Source: a virus (Duplodnaviria; Caudoviricetes). From it: a stretch of 64,000 bases of DNA. Positions 10,194-19,186 of this stretch are shown piece by piece; the first letter of the stretch is position 1; the number at the start of each line of letters is the position of its first letter. The notes under the pieces are model-generated. The model was not told where the DNA came from. It did no database searches and saw nothing but the letters and a program-made list of their open reading frames with translations. The stretch lies in the IMG/VR virus record IMGVR_UViG_3300021959_000031, positions 1,565 to 65,564 of that record, one strand, 5' to 3'. Made by a program: the position numbers and the translations under genes.

Positions 10194-12497
10194 ATGAAGG
10201 AGTCAACAGAAAGCATTGAGTTTGTTTTAGATGAAAGCAAAGATCTTAAATTAAAAATACCCAATGATGTAATTAAGATCCATAAGCTATTCAAAAAGAA
10301 TGGCAAAAAACTCTATGTGGTTGGTGGAGCTGTAAGAGATGCAATACTTGGTAAATCACCAAAAGATTTTGATGTAGCGACTGATGCTAAACCAGATGAG
10401 GTTGAAAAGATAGCAAGGGATAATGGTATAAAAACTAAACCTGTTGGGAAGCAGTTTGGTGTTGTTTTGTATATTATCAATGGAGTGGAATATGAGATTG
10501 CAACATTTAGAAAAGATATTGGAAAGGGCAGAAGACCATCATCAGTAGATTATACTGATATTAAAGGTGATGTTAAAAGAAGAGATTTGACTGTGAATGC
10601 ATTATTCTATGATATTGATAAAAAAGAGATTGTAGATTTGGTTGGTGGTATTGCAGATTTAAAAAATAAAAACATCAGAACAGTTGGTAAAGCTAAAGAA
10701 AGATTTGATGAAGACCCCTTAAGAAAACTAAGGGCATTAAGATTTTGGACAAGAATGGGTGGTAAGTTAGATAAAGAGTTGTTAGACGCTTTACAAGATG
10801 ACTCATCATTAAAAGGAATCAGTTCAGAAAGAATTAGAGATGAGTTTATAAAGTCAATCAAATCATCAAAAAATACAGAAGAGTATATGGATATGTGTGA
10901 TAAGATTGGATTCACATCTCAGATATTCCCAAATCTAAAAGTATCAAAACCATATCCAAAAACAAATGACTTCATTTTGTTCTTGGCGTGGATATTAAGA
11001 GAGAATTCACCAATTGTATTAAATAGAGTTCTAAATGAGATAAGCTACACAAAGAAAGAAATACAAGAAATTGTTTATCTAATCAATCTTCAAGATTTCG
11101 AACCTGAAAATATTATTTCGTATAAGAAAAAACAATCTGAATCAGATGACAATAGGATTATTGCTTTTGGTAAAATGATTGGAAAAGATATGAAAAAGTT
11201 TGTCAATTTCAAGTTGTCACTTAAAGGGGCAGATATTCCATCTGATCTAAAAGGTCCCGAAAAGGGACAATGGATAAAAAATAAAGAAAAAGAGAATTTC
11301 ATGAAAAAATTAATAGAAAGCATTAAGTCGGGATCTGAAAAAGCTAGATCTGAGTTGAACGAGTTGTTGACTCAGAAAGTCAAAGTTCTTGTTAGTGAAG
11401 AGAAAAAGAATATAGCAAAGAATATTCTTAAAGAAGAGTCTATTACAGAGGATTTAGATCCTAATAGTGACGCTAAAGTTTGGATAGATGACTTTGTTAA
11501 AAGTGATGCACCTCAGTTCAAAGGGAAAACGAAAGAACAAAGAGTGAATATGGCATTAGGTGCTTACTATTCTGCTAGAAAAGAAGCTGGTCTTGAAGAA
11601 TCTATCGATCTTGAAGAAGCAACATTCAAGAACAAAGAGGTTGAGAAAAGATTTCTCGCATTGAAAAAGATGTCATCTTCTCAACTTAAGAAAGCTCACA
11701 GTGATGGTGTTGGTGGTTCTACTAGTGGTATGTCAGATGAAGACTTCATCAACGACATTCTTCTTTCAGAGTTTGGTATAAAGAAACTCAGTGAGGAAGC
11801 TGGTGTTTACTACACTTCTGATGGTGTTGAGTGGACTGGTCAAACACATTCACACCCGAATGGAAAAGTTATGACGGGAAAATCTCACACTGATGACAGT
11901 GTTGATCTACACACTATGGATGATTTGTCACCCGATGCTAAGAAAAAAGCAATGGAAGGTTCTGGATCTATGTCTGAGTCTGTAATGGATCAGAAGATGT
12001 GGGATAAGATCAAGAGGGGTGACAAACTAACAATTAGCTACGATGATAGCATAAGTGGTGGTAATAAAGTCACTCTTGTTGTAGTGAGTAAAAATATCGT
12101 TGGTAAGCAGAGGGTTGGTAAAATGACAATGAAGCGGGCAGATGGTAGTAGCAAGTTCAAATTCTACATTTACAATCGTGATGGTAAAATGGGCTTGGCA
12201 ATTGGCAATTTAGCAGCTAGCATGACAGATGTCGTGATGGAGAGTGAAGATGTTGAGGATCTTAAAGAGTGGGGTTCTTCAGACTGGTATAGTGTTATAA
12301 AATCAATGGACAAATACTTGAAAAAAGCAGGTGTTAATCCAGATACAATCACACAAGCCGCCCAAGATCAAGCAGATTTTTATTACGATGATATGGGATA
12401 TGATAGTGCTGAAGATGCTGTTCCAAGAATTATTGATATGTGGAAAATCAGATCTAAGACTGGTCAGAAGTTAATGGCAATGTTCGGTAAAAAATAA
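10194..12497 (+). CDS. class II tRNA nucleotidyltransferase (CCA-adding-like) fused to a gp67-like helix and several small domains
   Basis: Motif A VVGGAVRD..KDFDVAT, B RRDLTVNAL, D RFDEDPLR, E SSERIRDE in aa 1-370; then MKKLIESIKSGSEKARSEL..KNIAKNIL and further modules separated by xxE linkers. Confidence 0.88.
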   Translation: MKESTESIEFVLDESKDLKLKIPNDVIKIHKLFKKNGKKLYVVGGAVRDAILGKSPKDFDVATDAKPDEVEKIARDNGIKTKPVGKQFGVVLYIINGVEYEIATFRKDIGKGRRPSSVDYTDIKGDVKRRDLTVNALFYDIDKKEIVDLVGGIADLKNKNIRTVGKAKERFDEDPLRKLRALRFWTRMGGKLDKELLDALQDDSSLKGISSERIRDEFIKSIKSSKNTEEYMDMCDKIGFTSQIFPNLKVSKPYPKTNDFILFLAWILRENSPIVLNRVLNEISYTKKEIQEIVYLINLQDFEPENIISYKKKQSESDDNRIIAFGKMIGKDMKKFVNFKLSLKGADIPSDLKGPEKGQWIKNKEKENFMKKLIESIKSGSEKARSELNELLTQKVKVLVSEEKKNIAKNILKEESITEDLDPNSDAKVWIDDFVKSDAPQFKGKTKEQRVNMALGAYYSARKEAGLEESIDLEEATFKNKEVEKRFLALKKMSSSQLKKAHSDGVGGSTSGMSDEDFINDILLSEFGIKKLSEEAGVYYTSDGVEWTGQTHSHPNGKVMTGKSHTDDSVDLHTMDDLSPDAKKKAMEGSGSMSESVMDQKMWDKIKRGDKLTISYDDSISGGNKVTLVVVSKNIVGKQRVGKMTMKRADGSSKFKFYIYNRDGKMGLAIGNLAASMTDVVMESEDVEDLKEWGSSDWYSVIKSMDKYLKKAGVNPDTITQAAQDQADFYYDDMGYDSAEDAVPRIIDMWKIRSKTGQKLMAMFGKK

Positions 12498-12508
12498 AAT
12501 AAAATAAA

Positions 12509-12988
12509 ATGAAATCATTCGAAAATTATCTAGAAGAAGATTACGCAGAACTGCGTAGTTTTATTATTGAAGGTGTGGAGGTAACTATATCTGATTCAGA
12601 TCTCGATTCTTGTTTAGAAGAAATCGAAGATTTTAGTGATGATGTCAATGAGGCTCTGAACACTAGACAGAGGATGGATAGAAAGAACATGATGAAGAAG
12701 TATAAGCTTAACATAGCTCGCGGAAGGAAGAAAGCTGCGAAAAAGAGAGCTGGTCTTCCTAAGTTGAAAAGTAGAGCTATGAAAGCTGCTCGTAATCTTC
12801 TCATGAAAAAACTCTCCAAGGGTAAAGATAAGGCTAATATGTCTTTTGCTGAAAAGGAGAAGATAGAGAAGATACTTGATTCCAAGACAAAAAAGATAAA
12901 GGCGATTGCTAAAAAGCTTCTTCCTAAGATCATAAAGAAAGAGAAAGAGAAGCAGGCAATGAAGAAAAAAGGTGGTTCAGAAGAGTAA
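12509..12988 (+). CDS. gp68-like prohead core protein
   Basis: Acidic N-terminus and very basic C-terminal helix, immediately before gp21; starts MKSFENYLEE. Confidence 0.6.
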   Translation: MKSFENYLEEDYAELRSFIIEGVEVTISDSDLDSCLEEIEDFSDDVNEALNTRQRMDRKNMMKKYKLNIARGRKKAAKKRAGLPKLKSRAMKAARNLLMKKLSKGKDKANMSFAEKEKIEKILDSKTKKIKAIAKKLLPKIIKKEKEKQAMKKKGGSEE

Positions 12989-13024
12989 TATATCAAAATA
13001 AAACAATTCTAAACTTCTGAAATT

Positions 13025-13032
13025 TATAAATA
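13025..13032 (+). promoter_or_regulatory. late promoter TATAAATA for gp21
   Basis: Exact consensus 9 nt before ATG. Confidence 0.8.
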
Positions 13033-13041
13033 ATATCACAA

Positions 13042-13698
13042 ATGAAATTAATAACGGAGCATAGCGAAAACTTAGACTACATAACTGAATCATCAGAAAA
13101 TGGAGAGAAGAAGTTTGTTATCGAAGGCGTTTTCATGCAGGCTGATAAACTCAATAGGAATAAAAGAGTATACCCTAAAGAAATTTTAGAGAAGGCAGTT
13201 GATTCGTATGTCAAAGAGTATGTGAGCAAGGGTCGTGCAGTTGGTGAACTCAATCACCCTGAGGGCCCAGCAATCAACTTGGATAAAGTATCACATAGAA
13301 TCACTGAACTGAGTTGGAGCGGTTCTGATGTTATTGGTAGAGCTTTAGTTCTTGGAACTCCAATGGGTAACATTGTTAAAGGCTTAATCGAAGGTGGTTG
13401 CCAACTTGGAGTTAGTTCCCGTGGTGTTGGAACAGTTGGTAATAAAGATGGAAAAACAACAGTAAACAGTGACTTCGTTTTGTCAACAGTTGATATTGTT
13501 CAAGACCCCAGCGCACCCTCTGCATTCGTCAATGGCATCATGGAAGGTGTTGAATATTTCTATGAAGGTAATGATATTATTTCAATGGCTTCAGATAAAG
13601 CTTCTAAAAAGATGAGTAAACTCTCATCTAGTCAACTCGCAGAGCAACAAGTGAAGTTGTTCAAAGATTTCTTGTCAGAGATCAAAGTTGATATTTAA
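13042..13698 (+). CDS. gp21: prohead core protease
   Basis: MKLITE, IEGVFMQ...NRN.RVYP, GELNHP, LGVSSRG.G, DIVQDPSAPSAFV.GIMEG. Confidence 0.96.
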   Translation: MKLITEHSENLDYITESSENGEKKFVIEGVFMQADKLNRNKRVYPKEILEKAVDSYVKEYVSKGRAVGELNHPEGPAINLDKVSHRITELSWSGSDVIGRALVLGTPMGNIVKGLIEGGCQLGVSSRGVGTVGNKDGKTTVNSDFVLSTVDIVQDPSAPSAFVNGIMEGVEYFYEGNDIISMASDKASKKMSKLSSSQLAEQQVKLFKDFLSEIKVDI

Positions 13699-13813
13699 AA
13701 ATTTTTATATAATGGATAATGTGATTTGTATTATGGGATATGTTGTATAATTATGAGACTGAAATCCTTCTTGTGTTTCCTCTCCAAATCTAAAGAAAAC
13801 AAAGTAAAAAAAT

Positions 13814-15409
13814 ATGGAAAAAGATACTGATATCATTGAAGATATTACTGAATCCGATTTACTTTCTCTTGAAGAGTCAAAAGTAGAGGTTGATACTGAC
13901 ACTGTTGATAGTGACGAGGAAGAAATGGAAGAAGGTAATGAATTCACCAAAGCCGCCGCGAAAGCTCGTGTTGCAGGCGAGGAAGAGTTCGAATTTGAAG
14001 GTGAAGTTTATCCTACAGAAATCGACTTGGAAGTTGCCAAGAAGATTCTCGGTATGGAAGAAGATGTTGCTAAGATCAAGTCTGTTGCAAAATCTCTTAA
14101 GGTTGGTGATGTCACTAACTTTGGAGCTGTTGTTAAGAAAGGATCTGACTTCATCACGTTTAAAGCCAAAGACACTCCAGAAACTAAGATCAAGTTTGGT
14201 CAAAAGAAGTCTGGTGGTCAACTTGTGCTTGAACCACTTCAACTCATGAAAGAAGACTCTGAGCAAACTGAAGAAGTAGTTGCTGAAGAAGAAGTAGTCG
14301 AAACAACTCAAGAAGTAGTTGCAGATGAAACTGAAGAAGTAGTTGCTGAAGAAGTTGCAGAAGAAGAAGCTACTGAAGAAGAAGCTACTGAAGAAGTAGT
14401 TGCTGAAGAAGAAGCTACTGAAGAAGAAGTTGATACTGAGAACATCGATGAATCTGAAATGGCTGGATGGATAGCTTTCTACAACGGCAAGAAAGTAGAG
14501 ATCAAAAAGAGTGAAGCAAATGATCTATACGGAGCTAAGATGAAGGCTGCCAAAATGCTAAACGTACCTAAATCTAAGATGGGTCTCTTAGCTATCAAGC
14601 CTGGATACAATGAAGAAGTAGTTGCTGAAGATGAAGTTGACACTGAGAACATCAAGAAGTTGATCGAATCAGAAGAAGGTTTATCTGATGAGTTTAAAGC
14701 TAAATCCGCATTGATTTTCGAAACTGAGATTCGCAGTAAAGTGGATCAAGTTAAGGAGGAAATGCAACTTAAATATGACGCTCAACTTGAAGAAAAGGTT
14801 CAAGAAGTTGAAGAAGAGAATACTAAACAAATTGATGGATATCTCACTTATGCTGTTGAAGAATGGCTTGGAGAGAATAAGGTCGCTGTTGAGAGTTCAC
14901 TTCGCACAACTATTGCTGAAAACTTCATGAGTTCTCTCAAGGACTTGTTTGTTGAGCATTATGTCGAAGTTCCAGAAAGCAAGGTTGATCTTTTCTCTGA
15001 TCTTGAAGAAGAGACTAGTCAACTCAAAGATGATCTATCTGAAGCGAAGGAAATCATCGAACAACTTGTTGGTCGATTGGAAGTCTTCACTAAGGAAAAG
15101 ATTGTATCTGAAGCTTCTGAAGGTCTTGCTGAGACTCAAGTTGCGAAACTTGAATCTATGGTAGAATCTGTAGAGTTCGAAGATGCTGATTCATTCTGCA
15201 AAAGAGTTCAAACCCTTAAGGAGTTCTACTTCAATGTAGAATCCTCAATTAAAGAAGAAAAAGAATGTGAAGAAGAGGATGGTAGCTCTTCTTATGTCAC
15301 TACTGAAACTATTGTCGAAGAGACAGAAGTTGAGGAAGTGCCAAGCACAATGAAAAAATACCTAAATGCTATTACTCGTCTTGATCGTGCAAGCGTAAAG
15401 ATAAAGTAA
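13814..15409 (+). CDS. gp22: prohead core scaffold protein, enlarged by inserted domains and acidic repeats
   Basis: C-terminal half LSDEFKAK..LIFE, DGYLTYAVEEW..ENKVAVE...IAENFM.SLK.LFVEHY..VPE, M.KYL.AI; between gp21 and gp23. Confidence 0.92.
   Translation: MEKDTDIIEDITESDLLSLEESKVEVDTDTVDSDEEEMEEGNEFTKAAAKARVAGEEEFEFEGEVYPTEIDLEVAKKILGMEEDVAKIKSVAKSLKVGDVTNFGAVVKKGSDFITFKAKDTPETKIKFGQKKSGGQLVLEPLQLMKEDSEQTEEVVAEEEVVETTQEVVADETEEVVAEEVAEEEATEEEATEEVVAEEEATEEEVDTENIDESEMAGWIAFYNGKKVEIKKSEANDLYGAKMKAAKMLNVPKSKMGLLAIKPGYNEEVVAEDEVDTENIKKLIESEEGLSDEFKAKSALIFETEIRSKVDQVKEEMQLKYDAQLEEKVQEVEEENTKQIDGYLTYAVEEWLGENKVAVESSLRTTIAENFMSSLKDLFVEHYVEVPESKVDLFSDLEEETSQLKDDLSEAKEIIEQLVGRLEVFTKEKIVSEASEGLAETQVAKLESMVESVEFEDADSFCKRVQTLKEFYFNVESSIKEEKECEEEDGSSSYVTTETIVEETEVEEVPSTMKKYLNAITRLDRASVKIK
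14265..14446 (+). repeat. acidic tandem repeats (EEVVAEEE / EEEATEEE) within gp22
   Basis: Repeated GAAGAAGTAGTTGCTGAAGAA and GAAGAAGCTACTGAA units. Confidence 0.85.
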
Positions 15410-15446
15410 TAATTCCCATAAACAAAACACAAAAATAAAAACTATT

Positions 15447-16667
15447 ATGTTCAATTCAGAAGAATTAGAAAAAAAGTGGGCCCCAATTCTTGAGGCGTCC
15501 GATGCACCTGCGTTTGCTGATCAGCACCGCAAGGCAGTTACTTCCGTCCTGCTTGAAAACCAAGAGAAGGCTCTCCAAGAGGCTTCTGCTCAAGCAAGTT
15601 TCCTTAGTGAGCAAACTGATTCAGGCGATTCTGCCAACTGGAATCCAGTATTGATTAGCCTTGTTCGTCGTGCTACTCCAAACCTCATTGCTTATGACGT
15701 TTGTGGTGTTCAGCCAATGACTGGCCCAACTGGACTCATTTTCGCAATGAAGTCACGTTACCAGACAGCTGATACTGTTAACAGTCCTGCACAACACGCA
15801 GCTGGTGATGAAGCTCTCTTCAATGAGCCAACTCCTGGATTCTCTGGTTCACAATCCACTGCACTTGGTGAGCAACTTGGTAACACAGGTGCTTATGGTG
15901 AGATGGGCTTCACTGTTGAAAAAGTTTCTGTTGAAGCTAAGACACGCGCTCTTAAAGCTGAATACACAATGGAACTTGCACAAGATCTTAAAGCAATTCA
16001 TGGTCTTGATGCTGAAGCTGAGCTTGCAAGCATTCTCTCTACTGAGATCCTTGCTGAGACTAACCGTGAAATCATCGGTCTGATCAACTCATCTGCTAAA
16101 GCAGGTGGTGCAGCTGCTGGTGGTTCATTCAGCCTCAACACTGATGCTGATGGTCGTTGGGCAAATGAGAAGTTCAAATCACTTCTCTTCCAACTTGAGC
16201 TTGATGCTAACGCAATTGCCAAAGGCACTCGTCGTGGAAAAGGTAACTATGTTATCTGTTCCTCCAACGTTGCTTCTGCACTTGCCGCAGCTGGTGTTCT
16301 TGATTACTCAACTGCTCTTTCAACTAACCTCAATGTTGATGACACTGGTAATACCTTCGCTGGTATGATCAATGGTCGCATCAAGGTTTACGTTGATCCA
16401 TATGCCGCAGCTGATTACGCAACTGTTGGTTACAAGGGTACAAACTCTTACGATGCTGGTATCTTCTACTGCCCATACGTTCCTCTTACTATGGTTCGTG
16501 CAGTTGGTGAGAACACATTCCAACCTAAGATTGGTTTCAAGTCACGTTACGGAATTGCAAGTAACCCAATGGTTACTGATCCTGCATCTTCTACTGGCGG
16601 TCTTGCAGCTAATGCTAACCCATACTTCAGAAGTTTCTCTGTATCGGGTATCAATGTTGAAGACTAA
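15447..16667 (+). CDS. gp23: major capsid protein
   Basis: LLENQE, PVLISLVRR..PNLIAYDVCGVQPMTGPTGLIFAM, ELAQDLKAIHGLDAEAEL, FYCPYVPL, FQPKIGFKSRYG. Confidence 0.98.
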   Translation: MFNSEELEKKWAPILEASDAPAFADQHRKAVTSVLLENQEKALQEASAQASFLSEQTDSGDSANWNPVLISLVRRATPNLIAYDVCGVQPMTGPTGLIFAMKSRYQTADTVNSPAQHAAGDEALFNEPTPGFSGSQSTALGEQLGNTGAYGEMGFTVEKVSVEAKTRALKAEYTMELAQDLKAIHGLDAEAELASILSTEILAETNREIIGLINSSAKAGGAAAGGSFSLNTDADGRWANEKFKSLLFQLELDANAIAKGTRRGKGNYVICSSNVASALAAAGVLDYSTALSTNLNVDDTGNTFAGMINGRIKVYVDPYAAADYATVGYKGTNSYDAGIFYCPYVPLTMVRAVGENTFQPKIGFKSRYGIASNPMVTDPASSTGGLAANANPYFRSFSVSGINVED

Positions 16668-16692
16668 TTTCAACTAGAGATTAAAAACTATG

Positions 16693-16724
16693 GAGAGTCA
16701 CTCGAAAGAGTGGCTCTCTTTTTT
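16693..16724 (+). terminator. rho-independent terminator after gp23
   Basis: GAGAGTCACTC-GAAA-GAGTGGCTCTC followed by TTTTTT. Confidence 0.9.
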
Positions 16725-16726
16725 GT

Positions 16727-16734
16727 TATAAATA
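16727..16734 (+). promoter_or_regulatory. late promoter TATAAATA for gp3
   Basis: Exact consensus 5 nt before ATG. Confidence 0.8.
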
Positions 16735-16739
16735 AAAGT

Positions 16740-17198
16740 ATGACAGTAGAAAGAAATCTCCTATCAACTGACAACTTTAGAATATCATTCGGTGGTATTG
16801 ATAAACTTAAAAATGTAGAAATATATGCAGTTGGTTTGTCACTTCCTGGGTTCTCTATAGGAGAGGTGGCAACTAGTTTTTTAAACCACAATGGTTTTGT
16901 TCCAGGCGACACAGTTGAATATGAAACATTGAGTGTTACTTTTGCTTTAGATGAGAACTTAGAGGTATACAAAGAACTTCACTCTTGGATTGTAGATAAC
17001 AGTCAAACAGATCAAAGGATAGTTGAAGATATAACTATACAACTCTTAAGCAGTCATCTTAACGTTGTTATGGATTTAAAATTCGTAGATTCCTTTCCAA
17101 CAACTGTAGAAGGAGTCGAGTTAAACACAAGGCAAACTGATGATAACTTTGCTACATTCTCATCAACCTTTAGGTATGACAAGTTTTTGATAGAATAA
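16740..17198 (+). CDS. gp3: tail tube terminator/completion protein
   Basis: N.LS...F, LPG.SIG, PGD.VEYE.LSVTF.LDENLEVYKELH.WI, F.D.FPT; typical position after gp23. Confidence 0.82.
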   Translation: MTVERNLLSTDNFRISFGGIDKLKNVEIYAVGLSLPGFSIGEVATSFLNHNGFVPGDTVEYETLSVTFALDENLEVYKELHSWIVDNSQTDQRIVEDITIQLLSSHLNVVMDLKFVDSFPTTVEGVELNTRQTDDNFATFSSTFRYDKFLIE

Positions 17199-17220
17199 AA
17201 TCTTATATATAAATTATATT

Positions 17221-17667
17221 ATGGACATAGAATCGTTAATGAAAATGTGGGAGAGTGACTCTAAAATCGATCAAGTCGCTCTAGATGAATCAAGCATAAA
17301 AGGAGCTAGTCTTCACAGTAAATATCTTGAAGTTTATAGTGTATCCAAACTGAGATTGAAGAAGAAAGAGCTTGAGTTGGCTGTTCTCAAGAAGGATAAG
17401 TTTTTGTATTATAATGGTAAGATGTGTAAAGAGGAGATCGACAAGCATGGTTGGGAATATGATCCTTTTAATGGTCTGTCTAAGCCTCTAAAAAGTGACA
17501 TGTCTATGTATTACGATAGTGATAAAGACATGATTAACTGTAAGTTACAAATCGAATGTATAAAAACAATCGTAGATGCTTGTAAGGAGATACTCGAAAC
17601 TATTAAGTGGAGATCTCAAACAATTAAAAATATAATCGCTTGGAGAAGTTTTGAAGCTGGTGTTTAG
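17221..17667 (+). CDS. uvsY: recombination mediator UvsY
   Basis: MW..DSKID...LDE.S....LHSKYL, YYNGK, IKN.IAWR.F.AG; precedes uvsW. Confidence 0.9.
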   Translation: MDIESLMKMWESDSKIDQVALDESSIKGASLHSKYLEVYSVSKLRLKKKELELAVLKKDKFLYYNGKMCKEEIDKHGWEYDPFNGLSKPLKSDMSMYYDSDKDMINCKLQIECIKTIVDACKEILETIKWRSQTIKNIIAWRSFEAGV

Positions 17668-17671
17668 ATAA

Positions 17672-19186
17672 ATGGAATGCACATACAACATAGAAAAAGT
17701 CAATGAAGCACTTGTTAGGATAACTAGTGATGACAGTGGTGCATTAATGGATCTTAGTGAACAATTCACTTTCTATGCTGATGGGTATAAGTTTGTTCCT
17801 AGCTACAGAAACAAACTATGGGATGGAAAAATAAGATTGTGGAATTCAAGATATCAAACACTTCCATATGGTTTGATGGATCATGCTGTTAAGTTTGCAA
17901 TAAAAGCTGGATACACAGTTGACTTTAGTGATGAACTAAAAGAGAGTGAAGTCCCGACTAAAAAGGAATGTTTGTCGTTTGTTGAAAACTTAAAAATATC
18001 ACTAAACGGGAAGAAGATAACACCCAGAGATTATCAAGTGGAAAGCTTCCTTAAGATAGTGAGAGAGGGAAGAGTTCTCGTTGTTAGCCCAACTGGATCT
18101 GGTAAAAGTTTAATAATATATCTGGCAATAAGGTGGTTCTTGGAGAATGGAGATGGCAAGATTATCGTTGTAGTTCCTACGACAAGTTTAGTTGAGCAAA
18201 TGACTAAGGACTTCCAAGATTACTCAAGTAAGGATGATGAATTTGACATTGACTTGGATGTTCACAAGATTTATTCTGGAAAGGAAAAATTTAATATCGA
18301 TGCAGGTGTTGTTGTTACGACATGGCAAAGTGCAATCAAGCTACCAAAAGATTGGTTCAAACAGTTTGGTATGGCAATTGGAGATGAAGCACATCTTTTC
18401 AAGGCAAAAAGTCTTAATACAATAATGGGTAACTTAGTGAATGCAAGTTACAGGATAGGTGCTACGGGAACACTAGATGATAGTGTGTGTAATGAGTTGA
18501 CTTTAACAGGAAACTTCGGTCCAGTTTTTAATACTATAACCACGAAAGAATTAATAGAAAACAAAACTCTTGCAAAGCTTTCTATAAATTGCATTGTTTG
18601 TAATCATGATGATAATCTTAAGAAAGTTGTTTCAAAGATGGATTATAAGAGTGAGGTAGCAACTATCGTAGAGCATCCTCAGAGAAACAGCTTTATATCA
18701 AACTTAGCCTGCGATCAAAAAGGGAACACTCTGATACTTTTCAACTATGTAAAGAAGCATGGAAAACCTCTATATGAGATGATTAAAGAAAAGGCTGGAG
18801 ATGACAGAAGTGTTTTCTACGTTAGTGGTGAAGTCAAAACAGAAGATAGAGAAAGAGTTAGAGAATTAACCGAGAAAGAAACTGGAGTTATCATTGTAGC
18901 TTCCAGTCAAGTCTTCTCGACAGGCATAAATATAAAAGAGTTGCACAACATAATATTTGCAGCTCCAACAAAAAGTCAAGTTAGAGTTCTCCAGAGTATC
19001 GGTAGAGGTCTAAGAAGAAGCAAGCATAATAAAGATACAATTGTCTATGATATAGCAGATGACTTCTCGTGGAAGAAGAAAATCAACCATACAATGAGAC
19101 ATGCCAAGGATAGAATTAGTATATATACTAAACAGGGATTTGATTACAAGATACACAAAATAGAATTACCATACGATGAAACTTAG
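17672..19186 (+). CDS. uvsW: DNA helicase UvsW
   Basis: PRDYQ, SPTGSGKS, VPTTSLV.QM, GDEAH.FKAKSL, LQSIGRGLR. Confidence 0.95.
   Translation: MECTYNIEKVNEALVRITSDDSGALMDLSEQFTFYADGYKFVPSYRNKLWDGKIRLWNSRYQTLPYGLMDHAVKFAIKAGYTVDFSDELKESEVPTKKECLSFVENLKISLNGKKITPRDYQVESFLKIVREGRVLVVSPTGSGKSLIIYLAIRWFLENGDGKIIVVVPTTSLVEQMTKDFQDYSSKDDEFDIDLDVHKIYSGKEKFNIDAGVVVTTWQSAIKLPKDWFKQFGMAIGDEAHLFKAKSLNTIMGNLVNASYRIGATGTLDDSVCNELTLTGNFGPVFNTITTKELIENKTLAKLSINCIVCNHDDNLKKVVSKMDYKSEVATIVEHPQRNSFISNLACDQKGNTLILFNYVKKHGKPLYEMIKEKAGDDRSVFYVSGEVKTEDRERVRELTEKETGVIIVASSQVFSTGINIKELHNIIFAAPTKSQVRVLQSIGRGLRRSKHNKDTIVYDIADDFSWKKKINHTMRHAKDRISIYTKQGFDYKIHKIELPYDET

Noticed and set aside
10194-11300. Poly(A) polymerase (PcnB) call for the nucleotidyltransferase
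   Set aside because: The PAP-specific G.RF.L signature is replaced by GKQFGVV; CCA-type is preferred, though exact specificity needs an assay
12541-14311. Long minus-strand ORFs opposite gp68-like and gp22 (and similar shadow ORFs elsewhere, e.g. 29358-29951)
   Set aside because: F/S/L-rich antisense shadows of K/E-rich genes with no motifs or expression signals
16667-16740. Absence of a gp24 vertex gene after gp23
   Set aside because: The gp23-gp3-uvsY-uvsW order is usual in marine T4-like phages
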